A program made the translations under genes and the position numbers. Below the pieces are notes generated by a model. That model ran no database searches. It was not told where the DNA came from and saw only the letters and a program-made list of their open reading frames with translations. From Balanoglossus misakiensis (Eukaryota; Animalia; Hemichordata), in the NCBI GenBank assembly GCA_040954595.2, contig CM082583.2, forward strand, positions 12,139,222 to 12,203,221: a DNA stretch of 64,000 nucleotides, given 5' to 3'. Below are positions 23,936 through 37,730 of this stretch, piece by piece (the first letter of the stretch is position 1; every line of letters begins with the position of its first letter).

Positions 23936-26900
23936 GTGGCCAACAACGGTAAGACTGCTGTTGTGCAAATAACTGGATTAGCTGAAAAGAAGATGGTTTC
24001 CTCGGCGAGCCGGATAATACAAATAAAGTAACCAGTCCACTTTCTCCGTCGCCATTTTGATACCAAAAACTACTCACAAACGAGTTTTATATTTCGTACA
24101 CACGCGACACAAAACACACTTGTCGCCGTTCGTTGGCGGTCACGAGAGTTTGGCGATCAGCCATGTTTCATGGGGGACAGCGCCCTCCGTTGACAGTAAC
24201 AAAGGACTCGTAGAAGGCTTGACAGGTGTGACCGGAGCCTTTTCTCCTTCCAGCAACAGTTGCAAGACAAACATAAAGACGTCTGAACGCCTTTGTCTGT
24301 TTTTATAACTTCATTTATTCAGAATTTGGCTCCTTTGCATCTTAGCAGATTTATGCGGTTGACGTGCGCGGCCTATATGTTTCGGGGCAGGGCCGAGAAC
24401 ACTTAGCGTCTGCCTGGGTGGTCTGCCCGCTCACTGCAATACATACAAACGTTTATTCCGCATTTTCATATTGTATCTTTGCTGATGTTCTTTATATTTT
24501 TCTGAGATTGTTAGGTTTGGAGTATACTTTTCTGTCCGCAAAAACAACAGTAACATTCGTGAGAATTTTTAGCCGTTAGAGACGTTGGGATTGAATATCC
24601 AATGGCAGATTGAAAGAAGGTGTATACATGTATTTACAAAAAGAAAATGTGAGTGAGCGGGACGCTTGAAACATTGAGAAAGCAGTGACTGTGAACCCCC
24701 CCGCCCCGAGAAAAACAAAGTCGAGAAAACAGATAAAAGGGCGTATAGAAATAACATACGTTAAAATGTGTGAGAAAACGACTCTGTTCGAGGCATAGAG
24801 GCAAAAATGATGCAGTTCGAAGAATTATTGCTCGCAATTAAATTCATCCCGTATCTAGTAAAGAAGCGGTGCGTGGCATTTCCCAAAAGTCTTCGTGTGT
24901 TAAAGAGTATCGAACAGCTGGAAGATGAGCCACTGTCATGCTTGGAAGAATCGCAGTTTCAAAAGGCGCCCTTTGTGTCTTTCAAAACGCGAAGGAGTTC
25001 GGCGATCGCTTTTGGAGCGACCTAACACGCCAGCGTTCTTTGGGAATGAAAGTCAAACACGCATATGGTACCGTTTGCAATGAGAAAGCGAGAACGCGAA
25101 TGACATATTTCCCAACCGATTCTTTTTTAATTATATTTTCCACTTTTTGGCACTTTTACCTTTCAAGCTGTACGAGTCTATGCTCGATGGACAATCGAGC
25201 ATGAAAAACGATAGCCACTTTTCGAGGGGAAATGGTCATTGTAGCGAATGACTTGAATGCATGTATTCGATTGTGAAATCTATATGACCCTCATTGTCGA
25301 TTTGCATTCACGGATATCCTACTTTTGATCATTTCAGAAACAGTCATCATTGCATCTTCTGGATGACTCAGTCTGTTGACTACGGGATGTTAGAGCAGCC
25401 ATTTTTCAGTTGCTGCGCCGACACGCACAATCCGTATGGACGAGTCGAGTTCCCCATTCGAAGGCGTCGGAGCATTTAATGTGCCGTTTCCGCGTCTGCA
25501 CGCACCTTGCAGCGCCGGGCGCGCAGGAATCGCGCGAAAAGCCGGGTGGATTGGCAACACAGGTCCCCCGTGTTATTGAAAACTCTTACATCTTCGACAT
25601 CCACGATTATATGTCAGAGCGGATTTGTGGAGTCGATCCGGTTCAGAGCTATAATTACACCGAATATCTCCTCTGAGGACGAATCATGGAAAACACGCGG
25701 TTCTCCTGTCGTGAGCGATGTTCGTGTTTTCTGCCAAGATAAAATAGAAAAAAGGGAGTTTTTTACCCCAAAAAGAGAAAAGAGACAGCCGCAAGAGGGC
25801 TGTGGGTGTACGTCACTGCGTGATGGATCGGTAACAATCGAACACATCACCGGTGATCATTGTTGGAACTCAGAAGCTTTCAGGAACAACATCCCGTGAA
25901 TGATATTCCCGTCACCCCTGAGCTGAACTCTTTTAAAATTCCACATCTCTGGCTGAGAATTCCTGCGAACGGCGATCATTCATCACCGCGCGTTCCTTCA
26001 GCGGTTTTCTCTGATTTTTTTTCCTGGGGTTGTGTCAATCTCCACGGACTTCCCCCGGCTTCGACACTCGCCAGGCGTTGATAATTAGTTGGCTCGATAT
26101 TGAAAGACAAATCGTCCGCAGAGAGCGCAACAGCGAGATAGTTTTAATAATCTAAGAACTGGACAGATAGCTTTCAAATTATATTTTTGTCCTGTGTTTT
26201 GCTGTTCGTCCGTCCCTAAGCCACTCTCCCACGCGGGCGCGAGAATAATGAGCGCGGTAATGGCACAGTTGGGACACGGCTGCCAAAATTACGTTATTTT
26301 GACCGTGAAGATAGTAAGCGTTATTTTCATACGTCGTGTACAAAATACATTGATCATCTGATCGTGTGTCAATCAACGCCGATGTAAACTAACACAGTGT
26401 GAGCTCCAGTATACGACCACAGAATTGAATTTTTTTGACGAAAACGCGCGTTTCCAACTGATATATTTGGTGATGCGTACTTTGAGTGAGGTGGGCGACA
26501 AAATGTTTATCAATTTTGTATCCACCAACCACATGGTCAGCATGTGGATTTCACACAGTCGACGGGCAATTCGGGCAGAAGTGAAATGTTTCATGTGGAA
26601 GTGCGAAGTAGTTGTGTTTTGTTCTCTGTGTTTTGTCTGTGTGGCAGCAACATGTTATTATGTTCGGTATAGTCAACATAAGAGAGAGTGTTGAATCAAT
26701 TGAGAGTTGTACAACGCCCCTGACTACACCCACTTGTTATAGTTTTCGCGGTGATAAAATTGAATTTCATGTTCGGAACAAGTACCATTTTCGGTCTTAA
26801 TAAAAGCAACTAACGCATTTTAGTGATAACCGGGAAGCAACTCCTGGGCAGCTGACTTCTTGTTTAAACGTGCGTATGGGAATTTAACAATTAGAAAGTG

Positions 26901-28859
26901 AAGTGGCGCGGAGGAATTGTTGGAAACGTTGTGAGATGGTGCTCGAGTTTTCAAACGCACCGGTTAAGAGTAGTGGAGCGGATGGAGACAGCTAGCATAG
27001 TGAAAAGCAACTACAATGTATTTGAAAACGCGAGAAAGGTTAATAAATGTGTAATAGTGGTGATGCCTCCACCTGTACGACAGTGAACTTGAATTGTTTG
27101 CATCCGATAGCTATTCTGTAGGGAGAAGAGTCATCGTTAACTCATCTTTGGGGGGTTTACAGCAGAGGCGCAGAGATGTGTGGTTGAGTGATCAACTACG
27201 GTGTCTTTGGTTGGCCACCGATTGTCTCGTTAAGCCTTGACTGATGCCATTTTGGATCATTTGTCAAACTCTGAATTACCTCTAATGCGGATTGCCTCTC
27301 CCTGTTTTGTTTTTGGAGGGGCAGGGAGTTGAGCGTTCGAGCAGGAGCTTCTTAAACAAGAGACAGTCGGCAAAACAAGGGAAATGAATTTGTCTGCAGT
27401 TCTCTAGATTTTAGTGGAAAGGAAAAAACCACTATTCCAAAAACACGATTCCCCCTGACGAATTGACAAATCGCTGAGGTTAGAATTCCTAGGCTTTGAT
27501 GCAGGTCACGGCGGCGATCAGTCATTTTATCTAATTTGGAGACCAGTGAAAACATCTTGTGGCTTATTAAACGAAACGAAATTATCCTGCGTCTATCTAA
27601 GGAGAAAAGAATTGTACATATTACGGATGGTTTTGGAATCTAGTTTATTTTCACGTTTAAAGACCTCTTATTTCCCCCTTTTTGACACAGACAAGATACG
27701 GAAAACTAATCACCTAGGTTTCATTGACGTTCTGAGTGTCAGTTCCTATGTGGTAACGGTGGTGGATGAAGGCGAATATTAATTACACCACGCGCGTTGC
27801 TAGGGTTCCCCAGGTGGTAATTCAGGACAAGTCATTTCATCCCATGTTATCTGAAAATGGCCGTAATAACACTCGACGAACGCTGCCCGCAACTTAAACG
27901 CCTAGTAAACTCGAATGATATTGTCATTCCAGCCTCCTAATTATGCCTTTAATTTCCTTGGTTTTCGCCCGTTTCTCCCGAGTCCCGTAAAGGTTTCGCG
28001 TGCCCTCGTCTCTCTCTGTAGAAGCTGACCAACGAACGACAACAAATCAGTATTGGGGGGGGGGGGGGGGGAGAGAGTGGACGCACTTTCAAGAGAACTT
28101 GTTTGCTCCGGTTTTATTAGTCTCGTATGGCAAACGTCCTAAACCTTGCGAAACAGCGTCAATATCAGGAGACGGTGATTTATATTGAAACACTGAACTG
28201 TGCCGGGAACTTTGAACGCGAATCGGTCACATATTCGTCTTCTGAACCTTCGTGTTTCACCTGAATTCGCGCGGAATCAGTCTTGTCGCGACACGCCGGG
28301 AGCCGTGTCAGCCGCTACCGATTTCATTTTTGACAAGTGTCGACTAACTGTTCTTTGTTACAAACGCATTTAAAATTGCATGCTGGTGTGATTTTGAGTG
28401 AGTCCAGGCAGTCGCCACCGTTTTCTGTCGTATAATAGACACGAACAAACTCGACAAAGCGAACTAAATTGCAAATAAAACGCGAAGTTTTGCAGATTGA
28501 GGCGGCAGTCGTGTCGCCATTCAATGCACAGTACAATACAGAAGTCAATGCGACAAGTGTGAAGATATCTCTAAATGTAATCTGGTCCGTCGCAGTTGAC
28601 TGAATAGTATATTTTGTTGAACAAAAAGGTTGCCTTATACATCCATATGTCAGCGATTCAGAATCACCGTTTTGGAGAAAATAATAACATATTTCGAATT
28701 AACCCGAATTACTCCCGCCAGAGTAGCTGGGGATAAAAGGGCCAGTAATTCTTGTTAACGTGCTTTCGTCTCTCGATTATTTGAGTCTTCGTTCAGTTGA
28801 ATGAAAAAAGGGTAACTATTCCAAATAGGCGAAATGGGAAATGCAATTTTGGAATTTTT

Positions 28860-29015
28860 ATATTAAGGAATGTAAGTCTGAGAGAGAGAGACAGACAGAG
28901 ACTAGGAGAGAGAAACAGAGACAGAAAGAGATAGAGACAACGAGACAGACAAATACAGGGATACAGAGAGAGACAGAGAGAGAGACAGCGACAGAAAGAT
29001 TCATAGACAGAGATA
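28860..29015. repeat. Degenerate (GA)n/(GACA)n purine-rich low-complexity tract
   Basis: Directly visible. Confidence 0.85.
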
Positions 29016-32000
29016 AGCCCGTATCTTAGATGCACTGAACACTACCGCTGTCGCTGCTGCTAAGACAACACTTGGGAAACCTGGTGATTAAGAAGAGCAA
29101 TGAAGAGAGCACGGTTGCCATGGCGCTGTGACAGTTTATCCAAGGTGGGTTTGAAGAATCGGAGTGGAGGGGGAGGAGAGAGAGCTTGAGTGCCAAATGT
29201 AACCTATTACCAGTGGTAACTGATGCAACACGCCTGGGGGAATACATTTGCAGAGAGTCGTCCTACAGATTTATGGATAACTTTAGTCCGACTGATGACA
29301 GCATTCGACTTTTAAGTAAAGCAGATATATTGCGCAAGTTCATTGGGCGCGCATTTGTTCAGACGATGACATATGTTTGGCATAATGTATTGCTTTCACT
29401 TGCTGCTCGCCTTGCTCGGCTAGGCTACGGTGCAGTGGCTCGCCGAAGAAATAGATTCTACAAACATTGATCCAAACTCGCTTTGCTGCTCAGACTCATG
29501 ACGTCGACGCCGCCACAGTCGTCCCCGGCCCCACGCGCTGTCATTTTCGGCCGCCGTTTCCTTTCAATCGACAACATTTCGTTGGTTTTGGTGTTTTGTT
29601 AGTCAGCGTTAGGATACTACAGCAAACAACAACACGGGTCTTTTAAAAAAGAAGCCATCATTACAACGGAGTCTGAATAATCACTGGAGCGCAATTATTT
29701 ATATCTCAGACGGCAATTAAGATCCGCAAGATTACTACAATTAATCTTATTGGACTTACGTTTGTATTTTATTAAATGTAGGCTGTTCAATTCCGAAAGC
29801 GTTCGCAGTGAAACTTTGCCGCCAAATTCTTGGCTTGCTTCTTGGGTTGCAACTAAGAAATTACAGACAGTTTATACTAAATCACAGCGGGAAGAAAGCT
29901 CGATATTTTATTCTGCGCTCTGACGTTTGATTTTCTGCAATAATAGCGGTGATAAACATCTCTTTTCCTGTTCCCCGCCATTTTGAAAAGGTGCTCATAT
30001 ATTTCGCATCGATGACAACGCAGATTGTTCTGTGTGTGTGTGCCGCTTGGTATAAGCTTATGCTGGAATCGTGACGTCACCAAGGTGAAACTTTCAATTT
30101 GTTCTGGAAAGCCTGGTCGCGTTTTTTATGATTGATGTAATTTATGGCATGTTTCTGAACGCGTGTGATGAAAAGGTTTCCCCCTTAGAAGAACTATGTA
30201 AACGTGGAAAGTGGACGAGGGCCAAGGTGATGTAACAAATTGATAGAGCATTAAATTTGAAAAACTCACAGAAACTAGAAGGCGCCCGTATATATTCTCT
30301 TATGATTGCTGAGTATTTGAAGAACTTCCGAGTTCATCACTGCATAAGTTCTTTGTGGGGGGCTGGCTGAGTCGAGTTTTCGCAGCACACTCCAACCATA
30401 CCATACATTTAACTTTAAAGCTAATATTAACGTATACAACCACGACATTAGTCTGATTAATGCGGCCAATTTGACGGCCCTCAAAATGAGACCAAATCAC
30501 CCCCAAGATTTTGTAATTCCGCGAACATCGCAACCAGTTAACGTTATTTGACTTTGCTCCCTAACAATTGACGAATGAAACTTTATTGTACATTCGATTT
30601 GTGATTAGCTGGAGTTTGAATTGAAAATTTCGGCATTATGGCTAACAGCGCACGGTGGCTTGTTTTAACTTCAAATTAGTTTAGGAGCCGCTCATAAAAA
30701 CGGAATTGCTTTGCGAGCGAAACTGTTTAAAGAGTGAAATGTGTAGCTCGTAGTGCCAGAATAAGGCACGTCAATTTTGGGGGCTGTAATGTCACGTGTC
30801 TTTTCTAGTAGTCGCAATATTCCGTTAAACACAAAGTATAGTCCGGGCAATTCCAACTCTCGCTTTCGACAGAGTTTACCAAAGCTTGCTCTCACTCGTA
30901 TAATTAATGTTGCGTGAACTAACACTTCGTGTATGGCAAAATCTAGTGAATTCAAGTGTTCGCTCGCGCGCGCGCAGACGTCTCTCCGTAGAACGACCGA
31001 GTTACCGGACCCATGTCAAATCATCGTCTCTAAACGAAATTCCTTGTCATATATAGAAAAAAAAGAATCTGTTTCTATGACAATGCTTATAAAAATAATA
31101 GAAATATTTCCGCTAATATCCAGATCATTGCAATTTCTACGCACAGCGAACATTGATGAACATTCAAAGTTGTATATCACCTTTTATTAAAGTGTCAAAT
31201 ATTTCCGCTCCATATAATTTCATAATGTTTATAGTGCAGCTTGGACATTACATAAAATATGAATTCAGTAAGATATACGAATGGGGTCGCCATCCATTCC
31301 ATAAAATCCTATCACTCTTTCGTGATCCCCGTTGATTTTCAAACAGTTCTGTAAGGAGACAGGTTCTCATGCTGTTTATGGTGCAGTAACGCCGGTTGTG
31401 TCTTTGCAAAAGCAATCACACATTCACTAACGCGTCAAAAAAATGACGGTTCAATATTCCGCGTTTGCATCAATACTGTTGTATTTATTCATCGCAAAAA
31501 TTATTCCTATGAGAATGTGTCTGCATATATATTTCATTGATCGTTTAATATACCCATAGCAAAAAAGTCAAAGTATGACTGTATATTTGGCGAATATTTT
31601 TTTCAAATCATCCCATTTCACTCTCGTTTTTGTAATCATAGCACATCTTAAGCAGAATAAAATATGCTAATTTGCTATTGATGACGTGTCACTTATTCAC
31701 GGTGTCCTTTCTGTGTATAGGCAACACCGAGGAAATGCAAAATTTGCTCGAAAGGCTTTTTGGGGTTGTGTACAAGCACACACAGACGTCTTTGTAAGCA
31801 CACCTGTTACAACATGACTCTCTAATTTGATAGTAAAATCATAAAAATGAAGCAAATAGACACAAAGTGAGTATTTTCTATCTTAGTTACACCATGATGC
31901 CCGTCGTCAGTCTGGCGATCTTTGACCGGTTACCATGAAGATGTCGTTTACAGCTAAATTAAATTGAAAGAGTGTGCCACAGGTGTAAATTCGAGAGCTT

Positions 32001-33018
32001 TTAGTAAATCATGCACACGATTCCTTCATACTAACTGGAAGACTGTTGAGGTAGAAGACTACTCAGAGACAAAGTGTGGTTATATGTATCATATCATATC
32101 ATCTTAAATTATTATTCATTCCTTTCGTGGTGGTCATGAACCATAACTGTTTTCGTTGCTATTTAAATGTTTAAAATTTCACCAAACTATTAAAAACAGA
32201 TTAAAAACTAGAACATGTACTTATATTGAAGCCCTGTCATATGTTCACAGTTACATGTGCATTGGATTTCTCAATATCGCGATCATATCAGCGGTTCTTG
32301 CAATGGTTATATCTACTCCACAGTGGCGCCGGACTCTCCCTTTCATCGGCTGATTAAAGCGAACATGAAAGTTGACGTTTTCAATTGTGCGTTTAGCCTG
32401 ATCTTTTATTACGGTGTATACGGCCGAAGATTTATCGATGCGTCCAATGTCTGGCGCGAACTTTTCCTCTGGTGAATGTGACCCGATGCGCGAATCACAA
32501 AAAATATTGGCGCGCGTCTCGCCTCAATATTTCCACTTTTTTATGGCCGTGCGACGAAATTCAAAACGACTTTTCAATATCTTTTAATGCCCTCGGCAGG
32601 AAATGACAGAGAATGTTCCATATACATAGTCTCATAATAAAAAATGTAACATATCCACAATGCATGTACACAAATTTACTGAGGCATTCGTCATCTCTCA
32701 AATCGTGTCATAAAACCTGTTTGCAAATATTTTGATGACAGGTACGAATGTAGAAGTGCGCAGGCGACCGGAATACAGATGAGGCCAGAAAAGTTGTACA
32801 TCAAATTTGAAGAGGTTGTAGAAAGCCCGGATGTAGCTTTAGTGTGACCCTCCGTAGGAGACAGGTCAGCGTGAAATGAGCGGTGCCATACATGTTATTT
32901 TCCCCACAAGGCCTTTTGCAGTTGAAATGTGCGTGTGATGAAGTTCTACCTACGATTTGAGAATTTTCTTCATTTTCAAATATGACAGTTTCATTGTAAG
33001 GGCTTACGCAGTAGGCGC

Positions 33019-33665
33019 TGTTACGACACGCTGGCCGTTCAGTTCCGAAACAGGGCAGTGAGCAAATAGAATTACTGAATGGCTCGCTTTGGTGAACCAA
33101 CCAGCGCAGCACGCAACAAAGACGGTCAACAATAGGCACACCCCACGTTATTTCCTTGCTTATGGAAACTTTTAATTATTACAAATAAACATGGGTAAAT
33201 ATAAAATGCTTATACACTGAAAAAACGCACAAAAAATAAGTGGCTACCTTAAATGTGACCAGGTGTGGGAAATGAAAGAATAAAGTCCACGGTTCTGTAG
33301 CCCACGACGAACGCGACCAGCACCACGGCAGTCCCAACAGTGACGTTCAGTCCGAGTAGCGTTCTGGCACAATTCCCCGGTAGACGGCACGGCTTTCGGA
33401 CGAATTCCTCATGGTAGCACGGCTTCTGGGCGCGGTTTCCAGACCAGTGTATCAGGAAATAAGGCACAGCTTCCAAGCCGGCGAGGAACAGAACAGCTCA
33501 CACGGGCACGTCCAAATTAGTAGCTACGCTGCAACACAACGTGCGGGCTTTTCATATGGGGAAAATAATGAATGCACCACACCTGGTCACGCAAATATTC
33601 AAATTACGAAAGTAAGCGAAAACACACCTGGTCACAAAACAACAGCAAACTTCTCCTACATAACA
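33019..33665 (-). mobile_element. Solo LTR (647 bp), probably Ty3/Gypsy type, with 4-bp TSD GCGC
   Basis: Begins TGTTACG and ends CATAACA (TG..CA, 6/7 inverted match), flanked by GCGC at 33015-33018 and 33666-33669. A partial second copy lies at 23723-23935. Orientation is inferred from a minus-strand TATA box that is intact in the second copy. Confidence 0.8.
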
Positions 33666-36600
33666 GCGCACTTTGACATATAATGATCGTGTAAACTTTC
33701 CGCCAATGGGTAAGCTGGGCTATTTTAGCAGCAAATCATTTGGAAGACGTCTAACTCAAGAGAAAGTGCATTTATAAGAAATGTGACAGGTTTGGTTCCA
33801 GGTAGCTCGGTGCACGCAGCGGCCATTTTAGGTCTTGTCACGTGACATGTATCGCGTCGCGACGAGCGATGAGGTCTTTGCGGGGTCATATATTAGTACA
33901 GGCCTTTGTTTTTGCGTGTTTCGTAAAGAACGCTTTCTCTTTATTTGGGTGTGATAATGACTCAATTGATATTCAAGAGAATTCCGGCTGTTTCGCAGAG
34001 CAGACTTCATCGTGGAAATTGGCTCTTTGGGGCGCGCGGAAATGCAAGGAAATTGAAACTTCAGAATGAAGAATGGACCAATATTTTATTGGGGCATTGT
34101 GAGTGAGTTAGTAAACTTGCGCAGTGGGCTAGCTTCAATGAAACTCGTAAATCTTGCAGACGGTGGATTCTGCCTTCATAGCAGGGCGTAGTTCCTTGCA
34201 TTCAACACTTGCAGGGTTGTTTTCTTAGGGGCTGAAACGGTGACGCGCTCGATGACGTCAAGGCCTGCGAGAAGACGCCAATTTTAAATGAATCTCGGAA
34301 AATCCGCTGTCAAAGGCACTGCAGTTGGGCAGTCGTCATATCCATCGCGGATGCGGGAAAAGGGCGAGGAGGAAACAGTGTGATGGAGACGGGTGATGCC
34401 GGCGAAGCAATCTTTGTCCCCAGCCCGTCCACATGTTTGTTTTCCTAAGTTATATTGTTGATTCACGCTCTCCGTCACCACAACTCAGGTGGCCGCGCCG
34501 TGTCACAAAAGGGGGCGTGACGCGTAAGCGTTACCATGGGGACAGACAGGTCGCCGCGGACCCTGCGCTAATGATACTTCTCCCAGACTACGCATATGGC
34601 CTTGTGCCTGGGAGCTCCTCCTAGCTATTCCCTGCGTGTTTTACGAGCTTGTTCGTCTTTAGAGTTAGAGAGAAAAAACCGGCATCCTGAAATACCCTTG
34701 GGTGAAACCATCACAAGTACCGTAAATTAGGATAACTCATTGCCTGGCTAAGATGTCCTGCCTTATGTTTATGGCGACAGACTGAACTCAGCGCGGCTTA
34801 ATTTACAGCCGCGCTTTACATAGCTATAGTCGTGCCTTGTGTGGTACCTACTTAGCAAAACACACAAGAATAAAACTCATCCCTTTCTCCTTGTTTTCCA
34901 TGTTCGAAATTCCACGTTTCATTCCCACGACAACGAAGGAAAGGAAAGGCCCCCTTTTCCAGGGAAACCGAGTGACAGGTTAAGCGCCCGTGTGTAACCA
35001 CCGGCGAACGAACGCCTCGGGGCCTGGGAAACTTGAAGTTGTGCCCGGGCGGACATCGATCGCCTCGGGCTGTGGGCGGTGGGCGGATGAGGGAAGCCTC
35101 TATGAACTTGATTGTGCCACACAATGCGACGGCGACAAGTATGTGGTGAGATTTATCCACATTCTCCCGGGATGCATTCTCATGACGTCATCGATGCTCC
35201 CTCTTCGTGAAAGAGAAACTGCTACCCTATTCATCGCCAGGGCTTCTGACTGAGATTTATACACAGAAAGGCACAGAAGTAAAAGCGAAATGAATACAGA
35301 TAAATTAGACAGAATCTAATAAAGATTGGCGAAAAAAAAAGTTTCCAAGGTTACTCAGACGGGTCAAATGAGGGGGAGGGGTAGCTTATCAACGAGAGTG
35401 CACTCTGAGATTCTTGACACCATTTTTTTGTGAAAACACTGGAGAGGGGTTCGTTTGGGTGATTGGTAGTCGGCCAACCCTGCAACATTAATATTTGCTT
35501 TCATTTGTCACTCTTGTGCGACAGGATGATTTCGGTGTCATTAATCAGACCGTCGGAGGCTTTAAGATCTCTCGGAGCAGAACGGCGGCTTTTCACACCC
35601 CGCCCCCATCTGACATCCCAGCTATGTGTTTGGAGCCTACACCTGCAACAGAGAGCCGTAATATATGAGCGACTGGGGATAAATAAATGACAAGGGAGAG
35701 ACTTTTAATAACATTACACTGGACAAAAAAGTGACCTTATTAGCGATATGTATTCTAACCGATGTCCAATTATCAAATGACAGGCCTTTTATAGAGCCAC
35801 GGACAAGCAGCCAAAACCACGGAAAATAAACTTCTCATATCAGTGCGCTTCACAAATCATTTCTGCCATGTTGATCACCCACAGTCGTTCATTCTTCCCT
35901 AAGACTCCAAATCTCCCGGCTTCTAAGTGCCGTAAAACGACTCGGCTGTGCACACTTTCAATCGGACGCGGATTAGTTTGTGTGTGCGGGGAAAAACAGC
36001 AAGAACCATAACGCCACGCGATAGTGACTGACCCCCCCTCCCCCTTTATGTTTCAGGCTAAAACAATCCGTCCGTGATTCATACAGCCGTCCATTAAACG
36101 ATGAAGTTTGGTTTTCGCATGTTTTCAAGACTGCTGAGGGGTCCTAGCCCTGCACGCGGTGTGCGATTGCGTTTGCATTTGTCTGCGCATGACCGTTCGA
36201 TAATACAGGCTCAAAATTAAATCTGTTCAAATATATACGTGGACAAAAATACTGCAGAGGGTCTAGACTGTGATTTCACTAAATATAGATAAATGCAGCG
36301 AATTAATGACTCACACACAAATCCATCATAAGGTATTGCGTTTAAAAATCTGAAGCAAATGGTGCGTTATGATGGAAGTTCTTTCAATATTTAGCAGATT
36401 CTGCCAGTTTAGTACAATTTCAAAATTTATTATTTTGCCAGTGCGATAAAGTTACAGACAGTGTAAATGTTAAGGGTCAGTTCATCAAACCTGTCGTTTT
36501 ACCGCTGAAACATTGCAACTAATTTCGCCAAAAAATGTATTTTTTTCTTTATTTAAACCGAATTCTAATGAAAACCTGTGGAACCAGTCGTGTCTTCAAA

Positions 36601-37589
36601 TAGAATACATGAGGACACTCACGTGTGGCCTTGGGTACGTGTGTGTTTGACAACGAAAGAAAAGTCCTTTTTTCTTTAAAAGAGGGGCGATTTAGTTGAT
36701 GATAAATTAGAGGGAAAAGACAATAGGAGCAATGTCATCTAGGTGTTAATTTATCACCAAAGGCTTTTCGCGTTTTTTTTTTCACCGACCGTTTCCATGT
36801 AAGCATCTACACGCAATTAAAGTTTTGGCATATAAGCACCCTTCAGGCGTTTACTTATAGCTTTGCTTTTAGCAGAAAAAAAGGGCTACCGGTGTGCCCG
36901 GCATCGCTTTTTTAGCCCTTCCCTTTCAGTATTGTCCGCAGACATTCGGTCCACTAAGACGGAGACAATGGAGGGCAGGAGGCAAACTTGGCGGCCTTTT
37001 GTTCAACTGCCCCCGTCATCTGTTCCGTCCTTCTAACGGTTAAAGTCAAGTGTGGCCGGCGCGAGTTAAACTAATGAAGAGATTTGGCCCTGGACTGGGC
37101 TTCCGTGCCGTCAGATTTCCAAATGGCCTTCCGCGGATCGCTCCACACGGCGAGTCGTTTCATTAGCGAGTCTGTTGCTGACTGAACTCCCAATTGATTC
37201 TACGGCGATTGAACACGGGGTTATATAACCCAACATATACACACGGAGTTTGATTAGGACTACAGCAGCAAAGCTGTCGGATTGAGTGGTTGTCTGCGCA
37301 TATGACCCGGTGATTGGGGCAGTAGCTCTCTGATTAAATCCAAAGAGAATCGAATTGGAAGTGAACAAGTCCACACTCACACAAAAGACACGCAGATCAA
37401 GAAAATGGTGGCTGCGTAATGGATTATCAAACGTCCACAACACAATCTCCCAAATTATAATTATCATTTAAAGAGACGAATATCCAGACACTTATTCCGG
37501 ATCAGTTCGGGCCATCTTGCGCATTTTTTCTGGCAGGGTAATATCTGTGATCACTGCACAGAATTCATCATTATTGGGCTCAGTCAGTC

Positions 37590-37730
37590 TGTCTGGTTAT
37601 CTGTTCCCTCTCTGTCTGTTGTCTATCTGTCTTTCTCTGCATCTCCCTATCTGCCTCTGTCTCTGTATGTCCCTCTCTCTCTCTTTCTCCCTCCCCTCCC
37701 TCCGTCCCTCCCTTCGAACCCTCTCCACCC
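37590..37730. repeat. Degenerate CT-rich (TCTG/TCTC/TCCC) tract
   Basis: Directly visible. Confidence 0.8.

Noticed and set aside
33317-33336. CAGCACCACGGCAG resembles REST/NRSE
   Set aside because: One-base deletion relative to the consensus spacing, poor flanks, and it lies inside the LTR.
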